63,727 bases of DNA, filler included, from Choristocarpus tenellus KU-1152 (GCA_964200185.2; 14 parts of 14 records of this genome joined end to end with filler, not necessarily neighbours in it); one strand, 5' to 3'; positions 9,859-22,900 are shown, counted from the first letter of the whole stretch. Numbers and translations are program-made. The notes: generated by a model from the sequence alone, not told the origin.

Positions 9859-12800
9859 CCCTAACCCTAACTAATAAAGGGGTGAAGCCCTTTCCTGCTA
9901 ACCCTAACCCTAACCACCACTTGAAAGAGTCATCAAACATTGACCCTAACCCTAACTAACCCTTCAGGCATCTAACATCAGTAGGTGTGGCATTGTGTGA
10001 GACAGTGTTAATCTTGTTGCAAAGGTCTGTACCGGAAGTATGTCTCTGTAGACGCCTCCTTATCATTGACCACAATGTCCTTGTGTTGATTTTTTTCTGT
10101 TTGATTCTTTGTATTGGTGTGTCACTGTATTGCTGTCAATGTATTGCTGTCAATGTTCTCAAATGTGGTGTATATTGTGTATCCTATTTGCCAGGGTGTG
10201 GTGGGTGCCTACCTGGAGGACAGCGATAACCAGTGTAGTATCCTTTTCATCAACTGCCATTTGCATGGTACCAACCAGTACAGTGTACCAGAGAGTGTCT
10301 TTGACGAGGTGATTGGACCATACACACACACACACACACACAACACTCCTGCTGGTATCGCTGTACCATGTACCATGTACCATGTACTATGATTGTATTG
10401 TGTGTTCTCCTACTGGTACTAGAGGTACAGACCAATGGTGTTGATAGTATGCTATGCATATGTTCATTATAGTGTTGTACTGTTGCTGCTTCTAGTGGTA
10501 CCACAGTATTTTGGTAAGTACTCTAGGTTCTCATACTAGTACTAGTACTATCATTGTTACGATATGCACTTGTACTTGGAGTAAGGCTATTTTAGCACAG
10601 GGGGGCGCTTCTTGCTTGTGTTATTTGCATGATGATAACCCTAACCCTAACCAGTTTGGTGAGGGTTGTGACTAAGAATGAAACTGTTCATGGAATGTCA
10701 ATTCCTTGTTCCTTTCATTGGAAATGCTCAACTTAGGGTTAGGGTTAAACTCCTCTAACAGTCTGTGGGAAGGGACCAATCAAACTGGTTCCTAGCGTCA
10801 TGCTTATGCTGTTGTGATTGAGTTAAGACTCTGCTGAGGAAATTTGTAGTAATGCCTTCTTGCTACCCTCCTCTGAGAATTCAATTGACCTCTACCAGTT
10901 TTATTTGCAGTGTGTTACACCTCTCCTAAATGGAACGCCTTACAGCCCTCAAGTTCCTGAGTGACAGTTACACTTTCGAAGCAACAAAGGTCAGATGCCA
11001 AGTACAGTACTGCTCTTGGAATGGCATGCCATTCTTGTGTTGAAGATGAAAAGTCCCTGGTTGTACAAGTTGAGGTTAACGTGTCACACATGTCCATCAT
11101 CTCTTAGTGTTGCCACGGTCTTAACGTTTTATCATGTTTACATGCTTTGCTGGTGTATTTGATCCTGTGTCCAAAAAGTAAGTGCCTGTTTGTGACCAGC
11201 GATTAGGGTTAGGGTTAGGGTTAGGGTTAGGGTTAGGGTTAGGGTCCACTCTCCCAATTGTTCACTCAATTGTTGCCTCAACAAGTGAGTCTCTCTCAAG
11301 ATACTGTGTTCGAGAAATAGTATTTTTGGTGCAGTTATCAGTTATCATAATATCATTATCATAAATTTAGTTATCATATTGTTTTTGCCCTTGAGAAGAA
11401 ATAGACCTTAACCCTAACAACAATTATTGAGGTAGTGAGAGCATTGAAGTCTTGGTTATGAGACAAGTACACCGTAATGACTGGATGTCTCACATAGGTC
11501 ACTCTTATGATGTAATATTATTATTATTATTATTATTATTATACTGAAGCCCTTTGTTGTTGTCTCTCCTCTCCTTGGCAATCTCATTTTATTAGTCATA
11601 TCTACTGGGTTTTTTTATCACTCTGTATCACTCTGTATTGCCTGGTCTTTCTTACACAGATCAGAACACGACAGCTGGGTGTTGCTAGTGCTGCAGTGCA
11701 AGCGTTGCTTCCTGGTCACCCTGAGGATACAGACAGTTCTGAAGGAGGCACTGTACCTATTCAAATGTCTATATTTGGTGACCTCAACTTCAGGTGCTGG
11801 GAAACTCCCACATCTTTGTTACAGCTAGAGGTAGCTTGGATGGTACTATTGGCAGTATTATAGGGTTGGGGTTAGGGTTAGGGTTAGGGTTAGGGTTAGG
11901 AATAAGACATGACAAATGACACTACTTAGCTGTATCTTGGTGTTGGTTAGGGTTTGGGGTATCTGCATAGTATCAATTGATATCCATATTGAGTGTGATT
12001 GACCTAGGAGAACTGTGCCTACACTGCATAAGCTATTTTGCTAGAGCTGGAGGAAGGCAGAATACTTGCTTGTATTACATGATACAGACAAGGATTTAAA
12101 ATATTTGTAGATGTATATTATGTGTACCTGTTGCAGAAGTGGTGAAGGTTCTAATGGTGATGATGATGGTGATGATGAATATTCATTGAGAACAAGAAAA
12201 TATCAAAATATCAAAATATCAAATTTATCAAATTTATCAAGATGACAATCCCACAGAAAAAACAAACAACTGGTGTATACTGCTCACAGATCTTGATCAA
12301 AAATGGCAAGGGAAAATGTGTAATCTAATGTATATTTTTATTTCATCAACAAATCTTTTCCGTGCCACAGACTCTAGCATTCTGAATATATTTACTGTTT
12401 TATAATAAATATAAGGGTTAGGGTTAGAGTTGATCACCCAACATTGACAGTAACAGCAAAGAAAGATCTGACCTAATGGCCTGTGTTTGGTGTTTGTTGT
12501 TCAATCTCTAAATTTTGGTTGTTCTATGTTGACTGTGTTGACTGCTTAGGACGGAGGCTCTTCATTCACCGGAAGATAAGCTCAAGGGGGGAGCAGACTT
12601 TCAAGCAGTGTTACAGGTGACATCATGCATCTTCCCATCTACTCTACTTTTCTTTACTATACTCTATGCTTAGGGTTAGGGTTATGAGAGGAGGTGGGGT
12701 GCCAGTGGATAATGTGCTTGCAAGAAGTGGTCAGTAGCACACAGGTTATGCTTTCAAGTATGTCGGGTCTTGAAGTTAGGGTTAGGGTTAGGGTTTGAGC

Positions 12801-14259
12801 TTAATCTATTTCCAGATTGCCTTGAGAATGATGACCTTAGTATATGACACTATTATTTGTAGTATATGACACTATTATTTGTAGGTGATGTATTTTGACG
12901 TGCTAATAGGATATTTAATATTTTGATATGTGAAAATTGACATGTATGGAGGTGATTGAGATGACTTTGACAATGCTTCAAGAGTGAAAGTAAACCAAAA
13001 GGGGGGGGGGGTTCTATTTACTTTTTTTTTACATTGTTTGCTTTGAGTATACATTATTTTAGTATATATTTTTTGAGTATACACAATTTGAGTATATACA
13101 ATTTGAGTCTATAGGGTTGGGGGTTTTTCCAATAATGTTTTTTGAAGAATATTGATGCATTCAAGATTAGTGCATTCACAAAGAGTGGTGATAAGGATAA
13201 CTCGTGTCTTCAAACAGAAACTTCTCTGAAAAAGATGACCAAACAAAATACGCTCCACTTGTGGTGTGGACTGAGTGACACAATAAAATAATAAAATAAT
13301 ATATACCACTGGAAGATCAGAGGGGAACTTGAAACTCAGCTGGGCATTAGACTCTCAGCTACTCAAGTTACTCTGATTCTCAAGTGTAAGTAAAATATAA
13401 CTAGAATTACAAGTTGTGATTGTAAGTGTCGGCAGCGCTACCTTTGGTACTGGTTTGTTAGTACTTTCTGGTACTGGTTTGTTAGTACTTTCTGGTACTG
13501 GTTTGTTACTCTCAAGTCATTGTAATTGCCGTCGCCATCACCTGCAATGAACACACTTGAGGCAGCCCTTTCAAGTACTACAAAACCCGTTCATTACGCT
13601 CTGTTGTAATAGCGTACGTTCTTGGCAAAGATGGTAAAGGGTCATAAAGAGTCCCATCCGCCAATCTAAGTCAATTTTTGGAGTTTGAAGTCGATCAAAA
13701 AGTGGCCGTAGGAGAACATATATGTGGGGTTAGGGTTAGGGTTAGGGTTGCGAATATAATCCATATATATATATATTTATATAGTGTGTGCTTTTGTAAT
13801 TGATTCCAAGACATGTGTATGTGTGTATATGTTCTGCTCACTTTCTAACACTTGAGATGAAGCTAAATATTGAATGTTCAACAAAGAGTCTCAAACAGCT
13901 CGGTAGGTGGTGTCCCATCTAGTTGAAGTCTCTACATATCGAAATTTCAGTCTCTTGATTAAAAAACAAGTGATGAGTACCAACACTATTGGCTGCCTGT
14001 TTGAAAGTTCCACAACAGACACTACCAGCCTCCAAAATGCCTTTGTTGTTGAGGTATTCAATATATATATTTATAGTATTATTGCTATTATTATCATTTG
14101 TTGCAACCCCCCCCCCACTCCCCACCCCCTCTCAAGAAGAAACAACCTAACAACAATTTCGTCATGCTTAGGGTTAGGGAAGGTCGGGCGGATGCTTTTT
14201 GTCCTTGTGTAAGTTCTGCTGGAGGTACATTGTTGGGTCCCTTTTGGGGTTAGGGTTAG
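9859..14259. repeat. Dispersed short interstitial telomeric repeats (TTAGGG/CCCTAA)n, more than a dozen tracts
   Basis: CCCTAA tracts at about 9859-9963, 10636-10652 and 11407-11417. TTAGGG tracts at 10733-10747, 11203-11245 (7 units), and near 11860-11900, 12415, 12670, 12776, 13728, 14168 and 14248. Confidence 0.92.
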
Positions 14260-14510
14260 ACCAGATCAGCTTGAAGGAGCTTTTAGCTCTAATGACTAAA
14301 TGCTGACACAGTTGGATGTGGACAAATTTCCTTATTGACATGATAAAGTTGGGGATAATACTATTAAAAAGATTGTTGCGGTGCAGACGCCTCCCAACCA
14401 ACATGTAAACCCCACCTTGCAGGTTGCTCAGTCAGGTGATGCGAAGGAATTGTTGCAGTTGTTTCAAACTAGTGACCGACTGCACCCACTCTTGACTGAC
14501 AAGAACCAAG
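10195..14510 (+). CDS. Inositol polyphosphate 5-phosphatase (IPPc/EEP fold), partial. Exons 10195-10308, 11660-11793, 12550-12616, 14423-14510
   Basis: Spliced product GVVGAYLEDSDNQCSILFINCHLHG...IRTRQL...SIFGDLNFR TE...LFQTSDRL contains the NCHL strand, the GDLN(F/Y)R catalytic motif and a DQL-like motif. Exon phases are consistent and introns are GT-AG. Confidence 0.85.
13445..13508. repeat. 24-bp tandem repeat, about 2.7 copies (TGGTACTGGTTTGTTAGTACTTTC)
   Basis: Direct tandem repeat in an intron. Confidence 0.9.
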
Positions 14511-15268
14511 GTGGGTCTACAAACACAAGATTTTTTTTGTTATTATGTTGACTTTTCCTTCAGTGATCGATACAGTATAGAACTAGGAGTTACAACCTAG
14601 GACTATATATATGTATGTATGTATAGTATGCACTATAGTGTCTTGCCTCTCTTCTCGTTATTGGGACCAGGTGCTACATGGTAGCTACATGGCACAACAA
14701 CTGTTGATACCATGTCTTGCAAACTAAGTGGCATGGGGTAGTAGGTTTACTGCGTGAGTCTTTAGCATGGTTTAAGACATTTCCTTCGCTGTTTCTCTGA
14801 CTTCCTATCTGTTTGCCCACAATAGTACTCCCATGTATGATTAACCAGCTGGTATTAGTACTACCTCCACTACAAACATTAAATGACACAGTGTACTTAA
14901 TATGAAGTGTCATTGTATTGATGGTGGTATTACTGATACAAATTGACAATCATATCTTCAAGTACCTGGACCTATCGATAGGAATAACTGAGTTCAATAA
15001 CCTTTTTTGGATATGGAGGTGGCACACCTACATGCACATAGACACAAGGTCAGAAACTGTCCCTCAAGACCACAAAACTTGAAATAGAAAACGCTACTTC
15101 CTCTGTTGAGCATCAGTTCAAACACTTGCAGGATGGAAAAAACAACATTGGGAAGACGTTTCTTGTGACTTAGCAGTGGGTGGTGCATAATGGGTAAAAT
15201 GAGTTGGAATTTGCTGAGATTTTAGGGCAACCTCATAATGGGATTTTGCAAGATGCCCACTAAATAAT

Positions 15269-15324
15269 GGCTCAAAGTATCTGGGGGGGGGGGGGAGGTA
15301 ACACAAGGGGGCCCCCTTGACCCT
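15269..15324. mobile_element. MITE family A terminus at contig end
   Basis: GGCTCAAAGTATCTGGGGGG runs up to the linker. Confidence 0.8.
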
Positions 15325-15424
15325 NNNNNNNNNNNNNNNNNNNNNNNNNNNNNNNNNNNNNNNNNNNNTTAATTAATTAANNNNNNNNNNNNNNNNNNNN
15401 NNNNNNNNNNNNNNNNNNNNNNNN

Positions 15425-17165
15425 CGCATTCCTGCACCTCCTACAGCACGTACAAGGAATACGTCAAGCATCGCAAGGCCTTGTGGTTCCTGCTGGGGCA
15501 GGCCACAAGAGGGGCTACAGCGATGGTGGTCAGCTCTCATGAGAATAACGGCAGCCTGACGGGAGGGCAGCCTGGATCGAATTGGATCAAAAATATGGAG
15601 GGCGTGCTACAGTTCAGCGGCCCATGCAGCTCATTGCTCTAGAAATGAAGCTGCGCGACATGTACTGCTCGTCAGTGGAGGATGCTGCAGATTTCGTCAT
15701 TCGACTTGATCATGTCTGGACAGAATATGAGCAGCTGGAGGCAGGCAAGGAGAGTCATGCAAATAAAGGAGCTTTAATCATAGGCATCAGGGAAAGCATG
15801 CCACAAGTATTTGCACAGCTGTCAACGTCTCCAGAACTCACATATGATCAACTAAAGAATGCCATCATCTCTTCCTCTTCGTATATGACCACGGAGGTCA
15901 CAGGGGAAACAACTAGGAGCTCGGGGGCTATGGCATTGCACACAGGGGCAGAGTCGCAGACAGGGAGACAGCGGTCCGGGAGTGGCCTCGGTTCAAATCA
16001 ATGTGCGTTCTGTTTAGGATTTAATCACAAGTGGCAAGAATGCCGCTCGTATTTGGATGGCTAACCTCCTGCTAAGCGCCCCCAGGGGTTGGCGAAACCA
16101 AACTTTCCACCACTACCAACTAAGGAAAGGTGCAAGGGTGGCAGAGGTGGAGGCAAGGCAAATCGGCAGGGATCATCAAACGCATTCCTTACCGTGAATG
16201 TGTCTGCAGGGGAGGACCTGTACAACAGGATGGTCGAGGCAGCACTCCTGTCCTTATCCCAAGATCTGACAAAGATAAAGACCATCAGCCTACTATGCGA
16301 CTTGGGGGCAAATGTGCACCTTACCCCACAACTGCAGGACCTCACTGCAGCAACAGAGATCACTCGCACCTGCACCTTTGGTAATAAAGGTACACTAGAA
16401 GCACAGGTAATCGGCAAGATGATGCTAGAGACAACTATCGAGAAGGGCAAGCAGACCAAGATTATACTCCAGGATGTGCTCTGGGTACTGGGTCTGCCCT
16501 GTAGACTTCTCCGCACAGGCAGAATGCGATGCAAATTGGGATGAATTTGTGGACTCTGGGATCAGGAGGAATTACATCAAGCCTAACAAGGAGGCAGTCA
16601 AAATCTATTTAGAGGAGAAGGGAGCCTTGCTGATGCTGAGGGCCCAGTTCCAGGGGGAGAAGGGGGAGAAAGGCCAGGCAACAATAAATGCTAGCTATGC
16701 AAATAAGCAGCAGCGTCTCTCCCGACAAGACTGGCACAACATCATGGGTCACCTTAACCCATTTGCGATAAAGCACCTGGAGAAACGAGGTCTCCTGAAC
16801 ATTCAGATACTGCAGTCGCCTCAGAGCTCCACTGCAAGGTATGCAAGGAGTGCAAGTCTGAGGCACTCAGTTACACATGGGGAGGCCGCAGTCCCAAGAC
16901 AGTGGGGGAGGGGGTGCAGACAGACATGGAGGGACCCTTTGACCTGGACGTGACGGGCATGAAATATATTCAGGTGTTTGTGGATGAGGCTAGCAGGGAG
17001 AAGCATGTGGTAGGTCTGCGTACCAAGGATGCCGCTACAGCGGCCACTGCTGCCTTAATAGACGAAATGGCTAAAGATGGATTGTTAGTGAGATACATCA
17101 GTGGGGATGGTGCTGGCGAGTTCGGGAGGGCCATAAGGTTCCAGCGCATGCTGACAGAACGGGGC
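15425..17165 (+). mobile_element. Decayed Ty1/copia gag-protease-integrase fragment
   Basis: Zinc knuckle CAFCLGFNHKWQEC, protease-like LCDLGANVHL, GAG-pre-integrase WHNIMGHLN, integrase VQTDMEGP...VFVDEASR...ISGDGAGEF. Contains stops and frameshifts and is truncated before the catalytic Glu. Confidence 0.88.
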
Positions 17166-17514
17166 GGTATCCCGCATGCAATGTGCTTTGAAATCGCGGC
17201 AGAAGAAATCAACACCTCACTTTGTTCAGGAATGAAGAGGGAGATGCACTGTCTTCCAGATGGACCGAACCCGACTGTGATGATCCCTGCCGGCTGGACC
17301 AGTGGCAAAACACAAAATGTGTCTTCTCCTCCTCTACCAGGTTCTGTTGCACACGGTTTGCAACGCGCCCACATCACCCCCCCATAAAGGTCCGACCCGA
17401 AGAGGTGCCGGCTAACCACTGATCTTGACGATGCCAAGAAAGGGAAGCAGGAGGTGAAGTTCACAGAAGAAATGTGCACCCTCGATCCAGAGCATTCACC
17501 TCCATGCAAATAAC

Positions 17515-18420
17515 ACAAATCCCCTCACTGTTCTCGGTGAACACCACAAAAGGAGCTGCCAAGCCCTCTCAAGTGTGGTTTTTCCATACTCCTCATACTG
17601 TTTTTTAATGACCTTCACCATCTCCTCGACGGATGCAAACCGCTCCCCCATCACCCGACATTCAAAGACCTGAAGAAGCGCGTCCATGATATTGAGGTCA
17701 GGGGAGTTAGATGGCTGCATCACAAGCCTAATTGACCACCCCTCAGTCTTCCCTGCCCCTGACAAGATTTCTGAGTTGCCCTTGCCCGTGTGGGGTGACA
17801 TCATCTTGCTGAACGACAACATGCTTCCCCTGCAACCAAGGCATCTTGGTCTTGACTGCAGGCAGGAATTCCTCCGTGTACCACTTCCGAGTGAAAGTAT
17901 CTTAGAAGGTACGAGTTTTGCTCTATTTGTCCATTTGGGGCTTGGCTTCTCATGTTTTTTTTTCATGACATTTTCCTGCTCCAAAATGTTTAGGAGTCGG
18001 TAAAATGTGTACATTATAAAAAGATTGTCCGAGAGATATATATTGACACTTCCTAACAAACACGATAGCCAAAATTACATCAAAATCGCAACAGTGGATT
18101 TTGACCCCCAAATGGACACGGCTTTACCCTCTAAGATACTTCGGCTGTTCCTGGACCAAAAATGGTCTAAAGTACAGTCCTGCTCATACGCATCTCTCTT
18201 TTATGGTTCTTATTTGTCCTGTCAGCCGCTTTTGGCGCACGCACACGCCAAACACCAAGCTTTTCATCAAAGTTATGAGCCGAATCTGGGCGGGTGTTGG
18301 CTGCAATGATCATGGGTTTGGGGATATGACTCTTGTACTGCACAGTAGGGGACCCTGGAAGGTCGCTATCATCCTCATACGGAAATACCCTGTCCCTTTC
18401 CCCATCAGCCGTCACATAAA
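17515..18420 (-). mobile_element. Decayed DD39D-like mariner transposase interrupted by a MITE B copy
   Basis: VQYKSHIPKPMIIAANTRPD...FDEKLGVW, VVVQQDDVTPH, QPSNSPDLNIMD and TLERAWQ. Homologous to the element at 168-1424. Confidence 0.88.
17889..18147. mobile_element. MITE family B inserted in the mariner transposase
   Basis: Ends GAGTGAAAGTATCTTAGAAGGTA and TACCCTCTAAGATACTTCGGCTG. Perfect TSD TTCC (17885-17888 and 18148-18151). Removal restores CTLDHFWSRKWYTEEFLPAVK. Confidence 0.93.
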
Positions 18421-18421
18421 A

Positions 18422-18441
18422 AAGTCAAAGTATCTTAGAGG
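18422..18441. mobile_element. MITE family B terminus at contig end
   Basis: AAGTCAAAGTATCTTAGAGG runs up to the linker. Confidence 0.7.
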
Positions 18442-18608
18442 NNNNNNNNNNNNNNNNNNNNNNNNNNNNNNNNNNNNNNNNNNNNTTAATTAATTAANNN
18501 NNNNNNNNNNNNNNNNNNNNNNNNNNNNNNNNNNNNNNNNNTTATGGTGTTCTTTTTTTTTTTTTTTTTTTTTTCCCTTTTTCTTTTGTTCTTTTTTCTC
18601 CCCCCCCC

Positions 18609-18652
<44 letters not shown>

Positions 18653-19319
18653 CCCAAACGTTGCGGTTGTTGTAGTTGATTGGTATTATAGTGTAGTATA
18701 CAGTGGTAAATGCTTGGATCACCAATGTCTCCACCACCCCAGCCGTCCCCAACACTTGCACCAAGAGATCCATTAATCATATCCCTTCTAAATAGCATCC
18801 TTGTTTCAAACTTCCAGAGTCCGGCTTTCTGTTACCTTGCGTAGAAGTCGCAGGAAGCTTTATTCTTTCTCCAGTGCCCTTCGCCCTGGGTTATTGTATC
18901 ACATTTTGGTAGCCTCCAATGTGGTACTTGTAAGGTTGCTGTTGGTTGGACTGTCTCCCTTGTCTACACCCCCGCGAATCATTCTTTTTTTACTGCCAAT
19001 AACTTTTTTCCCACTCAGCTGTTACTCTTAACTCTTATCACCTCCATTACTGGATACACAAAAAATGCATATGCGTCCTCTGCACCATGCACACCTGTGA
19101 GAAGAGGTAGGCCACTCCCAAGATAATTCGAGGCGTGTTAGGTCTCTCTCGACACCAGACAACCTGAATCCAAGACCGGTGCTGAGTGATACCACAGGAA
19201 GGTGTAACTTTTTGAAGGGATTCCTCAAAGCATTCGTCTATAGTTTTTTACTTCCCATCAAAGTTATCTCTGATTTTGCTGCTGTGCATGTGCCCCTCCC
19301 TTTTCACCAACTTTGGCAG

Positions 19320-20308
19320 GTGTAGAAAAGGTCCCTACCGAGCCCATTGCTCAATCAGGCCTAGGTAGTGATCTGATTAAGAAGGTACCAACACCCCGCT
19401 TCCCCCGTCTCCAGCTTGGGAATGGGATGATGAACAGCTGGGGTCGTGACTCCAAGAAGCCAGAGGGGATAAGTTCGGGAGTTGACTCCCTGACCTCCCC
19501 AGAGCAAGTGCAGCCACCATCACGGTCTGCGGCGGCGGAGGCAGAAAGTAGTTGTGTCTGTGGGGTGAAGACCCTGACTCCTCGCCTTTCACCAGGTCCT
19601 GTACACAGCGGCGGGACAGGCTGTGCCAAGGGTGGAGCTGAAGCTGAATCAATGCCGATTTGGATTTCCGACCCTGTACAGACACCTTTTGAGGCTGATA
19701 CCGAGGGCATTTGTGAGGGGACCCCCAAGACAGGGAAGATGGGAGTGAGCTCAGTGACCGCCAACGATTCGCGTTCCATTGAGAGGGCTACTACAAGGGA
19801 CAAGAGCTACAGCCCCAGGCGTGATGGTTCGTACCGCAGCCAGAACCGAGAGAGAGAGGGCCAGGAGAGGTACATGTACCAGAAACGGTCCAAACACCGG
19901 GTTTCCCACCAGTCCACTGTAAAGAGGGATAGAGACAGGGAAGGGTATGCAGAAGGTGCAAGAAGTGGCAGAGACTCGTGGCATAGGCGTCAGGGTCATG
20001 CCTCTCATCACTCTCACAGATATTACCATACCACCAGGGGTGACAGCCCCACAAGGCGGTGGAGTGGATGGGACGATACCTGGGGTTCAAGTCGGTATAA
20101 TGTGGTGACCCCTTGCCCCACCAGGAGGGACTATAGTCCTTCAAGAGGGAAGAACTGTGGTGATACCTCTACCAGGCGAGATGAGTATGATAGGCGCTAC
20201 AGCTCCAAGTACACGGATTGTTCTAGCAGAGGTGTGAAGCGAAGCTATAGTAGCAGCAGCTGCAGCTCTGAGCGGGATTCCAGCGTGGAAAAGAGGAAAC
20301 GGGCATGA
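19320..20308 (+). CDS. Putative terminal exon encoding a low-complexity Ser/Arg-rich region
   Basis: About 330 open codons after a pyrimidine tract and CAG acceptor, with repeated YSPRR/DSPTRR/YSPSR motifs. No recognisable domain. Confidence 0.35.
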
Positions 20309-21399
20309 TCTTGTCTGTTGCCTTGCGGGGGATGTGAAAAGTGCGAGTTAGGGGATGCACAGCAACGGGTTGGGCACTGTTTTGTTTGCGTGTGCCCCAG
20401 TTATTTACCTATCCTCAACTCATCAACATATTCCCAAGTTGGAGTCCTGCCACGCATTGTTTTCACGTTTTTTTAGTACAATGTACGCTATTATTCCTTA
20501 TCAAACAGCTGCTACCCGCTAATCTCCTCATGGAGGTTGAGGGTGAGGTTGAGATACCTTCTACTCGCCGTTGGCATTAGGTGGCATCTACCAGGACCCG
20601 AACAGGGGACTGGTGGTACCCTCCGTTGTTGGGCCTCTGGTAGGGTGCGCTTGAGAGTTGTGCTGTTTGCCAAATGGTTTATTGGCTAGGGCTGATCTTG
20701 CAAGTTTGATTGTGTTTGTGCTAGTGGCTCTAGAACTCTAGCTGTATACTTCCATAGTGTGTTATATACTGCTGGGTATGCTGTCGACTCTGTGGTTTGC
20801 CCCGCAGTCGTCAGCCCTCCTGGCAATTAGTGTACGCCACTACTGTTGAATCATTTTAGTTTGTGGTTTTTTTTCTGTTACTATTGGGCGAGAGGCAATA
20901 ATAGGTGAGTATCATACAAATGGGTTGCATGTGGGGGAAGTCGTGGTGTGTGTATTGTGATGTGTAGATGCACTTGTCGTTTTTTCTAGGGCAGTGTTGT
21001 GAGTGATACATGTGTTGTGTGTTCTTGGAAAGGAAAGTGTGTTTGTGTCTTCATTTTCTCTACAGTAGTAGTCTTGGTCATGTGATAGAGGGGCTACTCA
21101 TTGACCATATGTCAATGGATGGAAGGCCTCTTTTGAAGAGCTGCCTATATCTCTCTTACTGCACAATACCTGCCGACCAAGAGTTTAGAGTTATTTTGTC
21201 ATCAGATGTGAGATATTTTTAGGGCGGTAGCTCCTTTTAGTAACAATATTTTAGTGTGAACCAGGTTCTCAACTACTGTAAATGTATAACAAATAAATTT
21301 TGCCAGAAGAACAAAGTAAACTACTAGAACATGCTGAGTGAGTACTATTCTTAAAGAGACAGTTATCCTTCCTTCCTCCTTCCGCCTTTCATGACCTCT

Positions 21400-22900
21400 C
21401 AACTTTCTTCTCAAAACAGTTGTCTGCGTTGATTGGTAGGCTCCATCCTGGAAAGTGACTCAGTAACTCGTGAGAGGTGAAGAGTTCAAACGCAGATAAT
21501 GTTCTCGTTCCTTCTTTCGGAAGATTAGCGATGTATTTTTTACTGTCAGTTCTTCCAAGATGATGTCTTGAGGTTTTCGTGGTGTGTGTCAATATGGAGG
21601 TCTAGGAAGAAGGCATGGCGAACAGCCCTGTGAATCATCCAGCATTCTATATAATATACTAATGTATTATTATTATTATGTCCAACAAAATTTAGGAGAT
21701 AGATGCTGTTATTGTCGGAACAAGAGAAAACTTAACATTTTACGTTCGAAATATTATATATGTGGAAGTGTCAAGGTGCCAAGTTCTCTGCTCAAGGGGT
21801 CAATGACAATCACCAGACTGAACTCTTCCACCTCACAGGGTGAGACTGAGTTGCAAAGGTCTTGGACCAACATCTCAGAACAGTTGAGGAAATCCAGAAC
21901 AGAACAAAAACCTCAAAACACAACAGATGTCCCAGAATGACTGAGCAACGTCACAGCAGAGAAATGGATCGGTCAGAATCGGAATGTCTCTTCGTTCTGT
22001 AGTCCATTTTGACTGTTTGGTCAAGTCCGGATCTTACGGGTGTAGTTGGTTTATTGGACTGGTCGGTAAAGGCGAGTTCCAATTACGTGGTTGGCGCGCA
22101 CAGATGTATATGACCGCGTGTCTTATCCACAAATGTGTGAGTCGGAGATCCCAAAAAAGGGACCTGAACGAGTAACGAATGAATATGTTCTAGATACGTT
22201 GTGTCAGATTGAGTGCATGAAAAAATAGGATGCCTGCACCACTCAAGTCCCTCATTGACGCGTTGTCTCTGCCTGATTCTTTTGTCTTTCAGGAAGTCCT
22301 TTTGATTCCTTAGAACAGTGAATTCCCAAGGAGTCCTCAAGATGTGCTCCAACGTATCCTGAAGTGTTCGTAGATAATTATCTATTTCCTGAGTTGTCTA
22401 TGAATGCTGCCCTGATACATGTTAGGTGATGATATCATATATTGTGGTCAGGATATTCACCCGCTCATCCTCTACATAGCATGATGGCTACCTATTGGAG
22501 TGGGTCTCTATTCCTTTCAGTCATGACAAAGCATTGACACAAGGGAACCCCACCTGTGTACCATAAATACCTATATTCAGTTGAGCCTTGATCATTCTTT
22601 CCATCCCTCAAGAAGGCACTTTACGAAGCATACTACTTGCTTTACAAAGTTGTGGTCATTCAAAGTACAGAGCATTGGAAGCGAGGTGCTCAAAGCAATT
22701 CTGCTACTGTACCGTAAAACAAACCTGTGTCCATGTGTTGGAGATGCAGGTGAGGAAAGCACTATCCCATCACAAACCTCTCTCTACAAGTGTTAGAGAT
22801 AGCCATCCCATTTGACGTACATACGCCATGGATAGACCTGAGGTACTGGATGTAGTTTATTCTTAAATACCAAACCCATACTCCTCACTGCTGTTCACCT
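21400..22900 (-). mobile_element. Possible highly decayed LTR-retrotransposon gag region
   Basis: Broken frames with gag-like EIDNYLRTLQDTL and a degenerate knuckle-like RGHIHLCA. Weak evidence only. Confidence 0.3.

Noticed and set aside
11182-11364. ORF with GLGLGL repeat
   Set aside because: Translation of an intronic TTAGGG tract.
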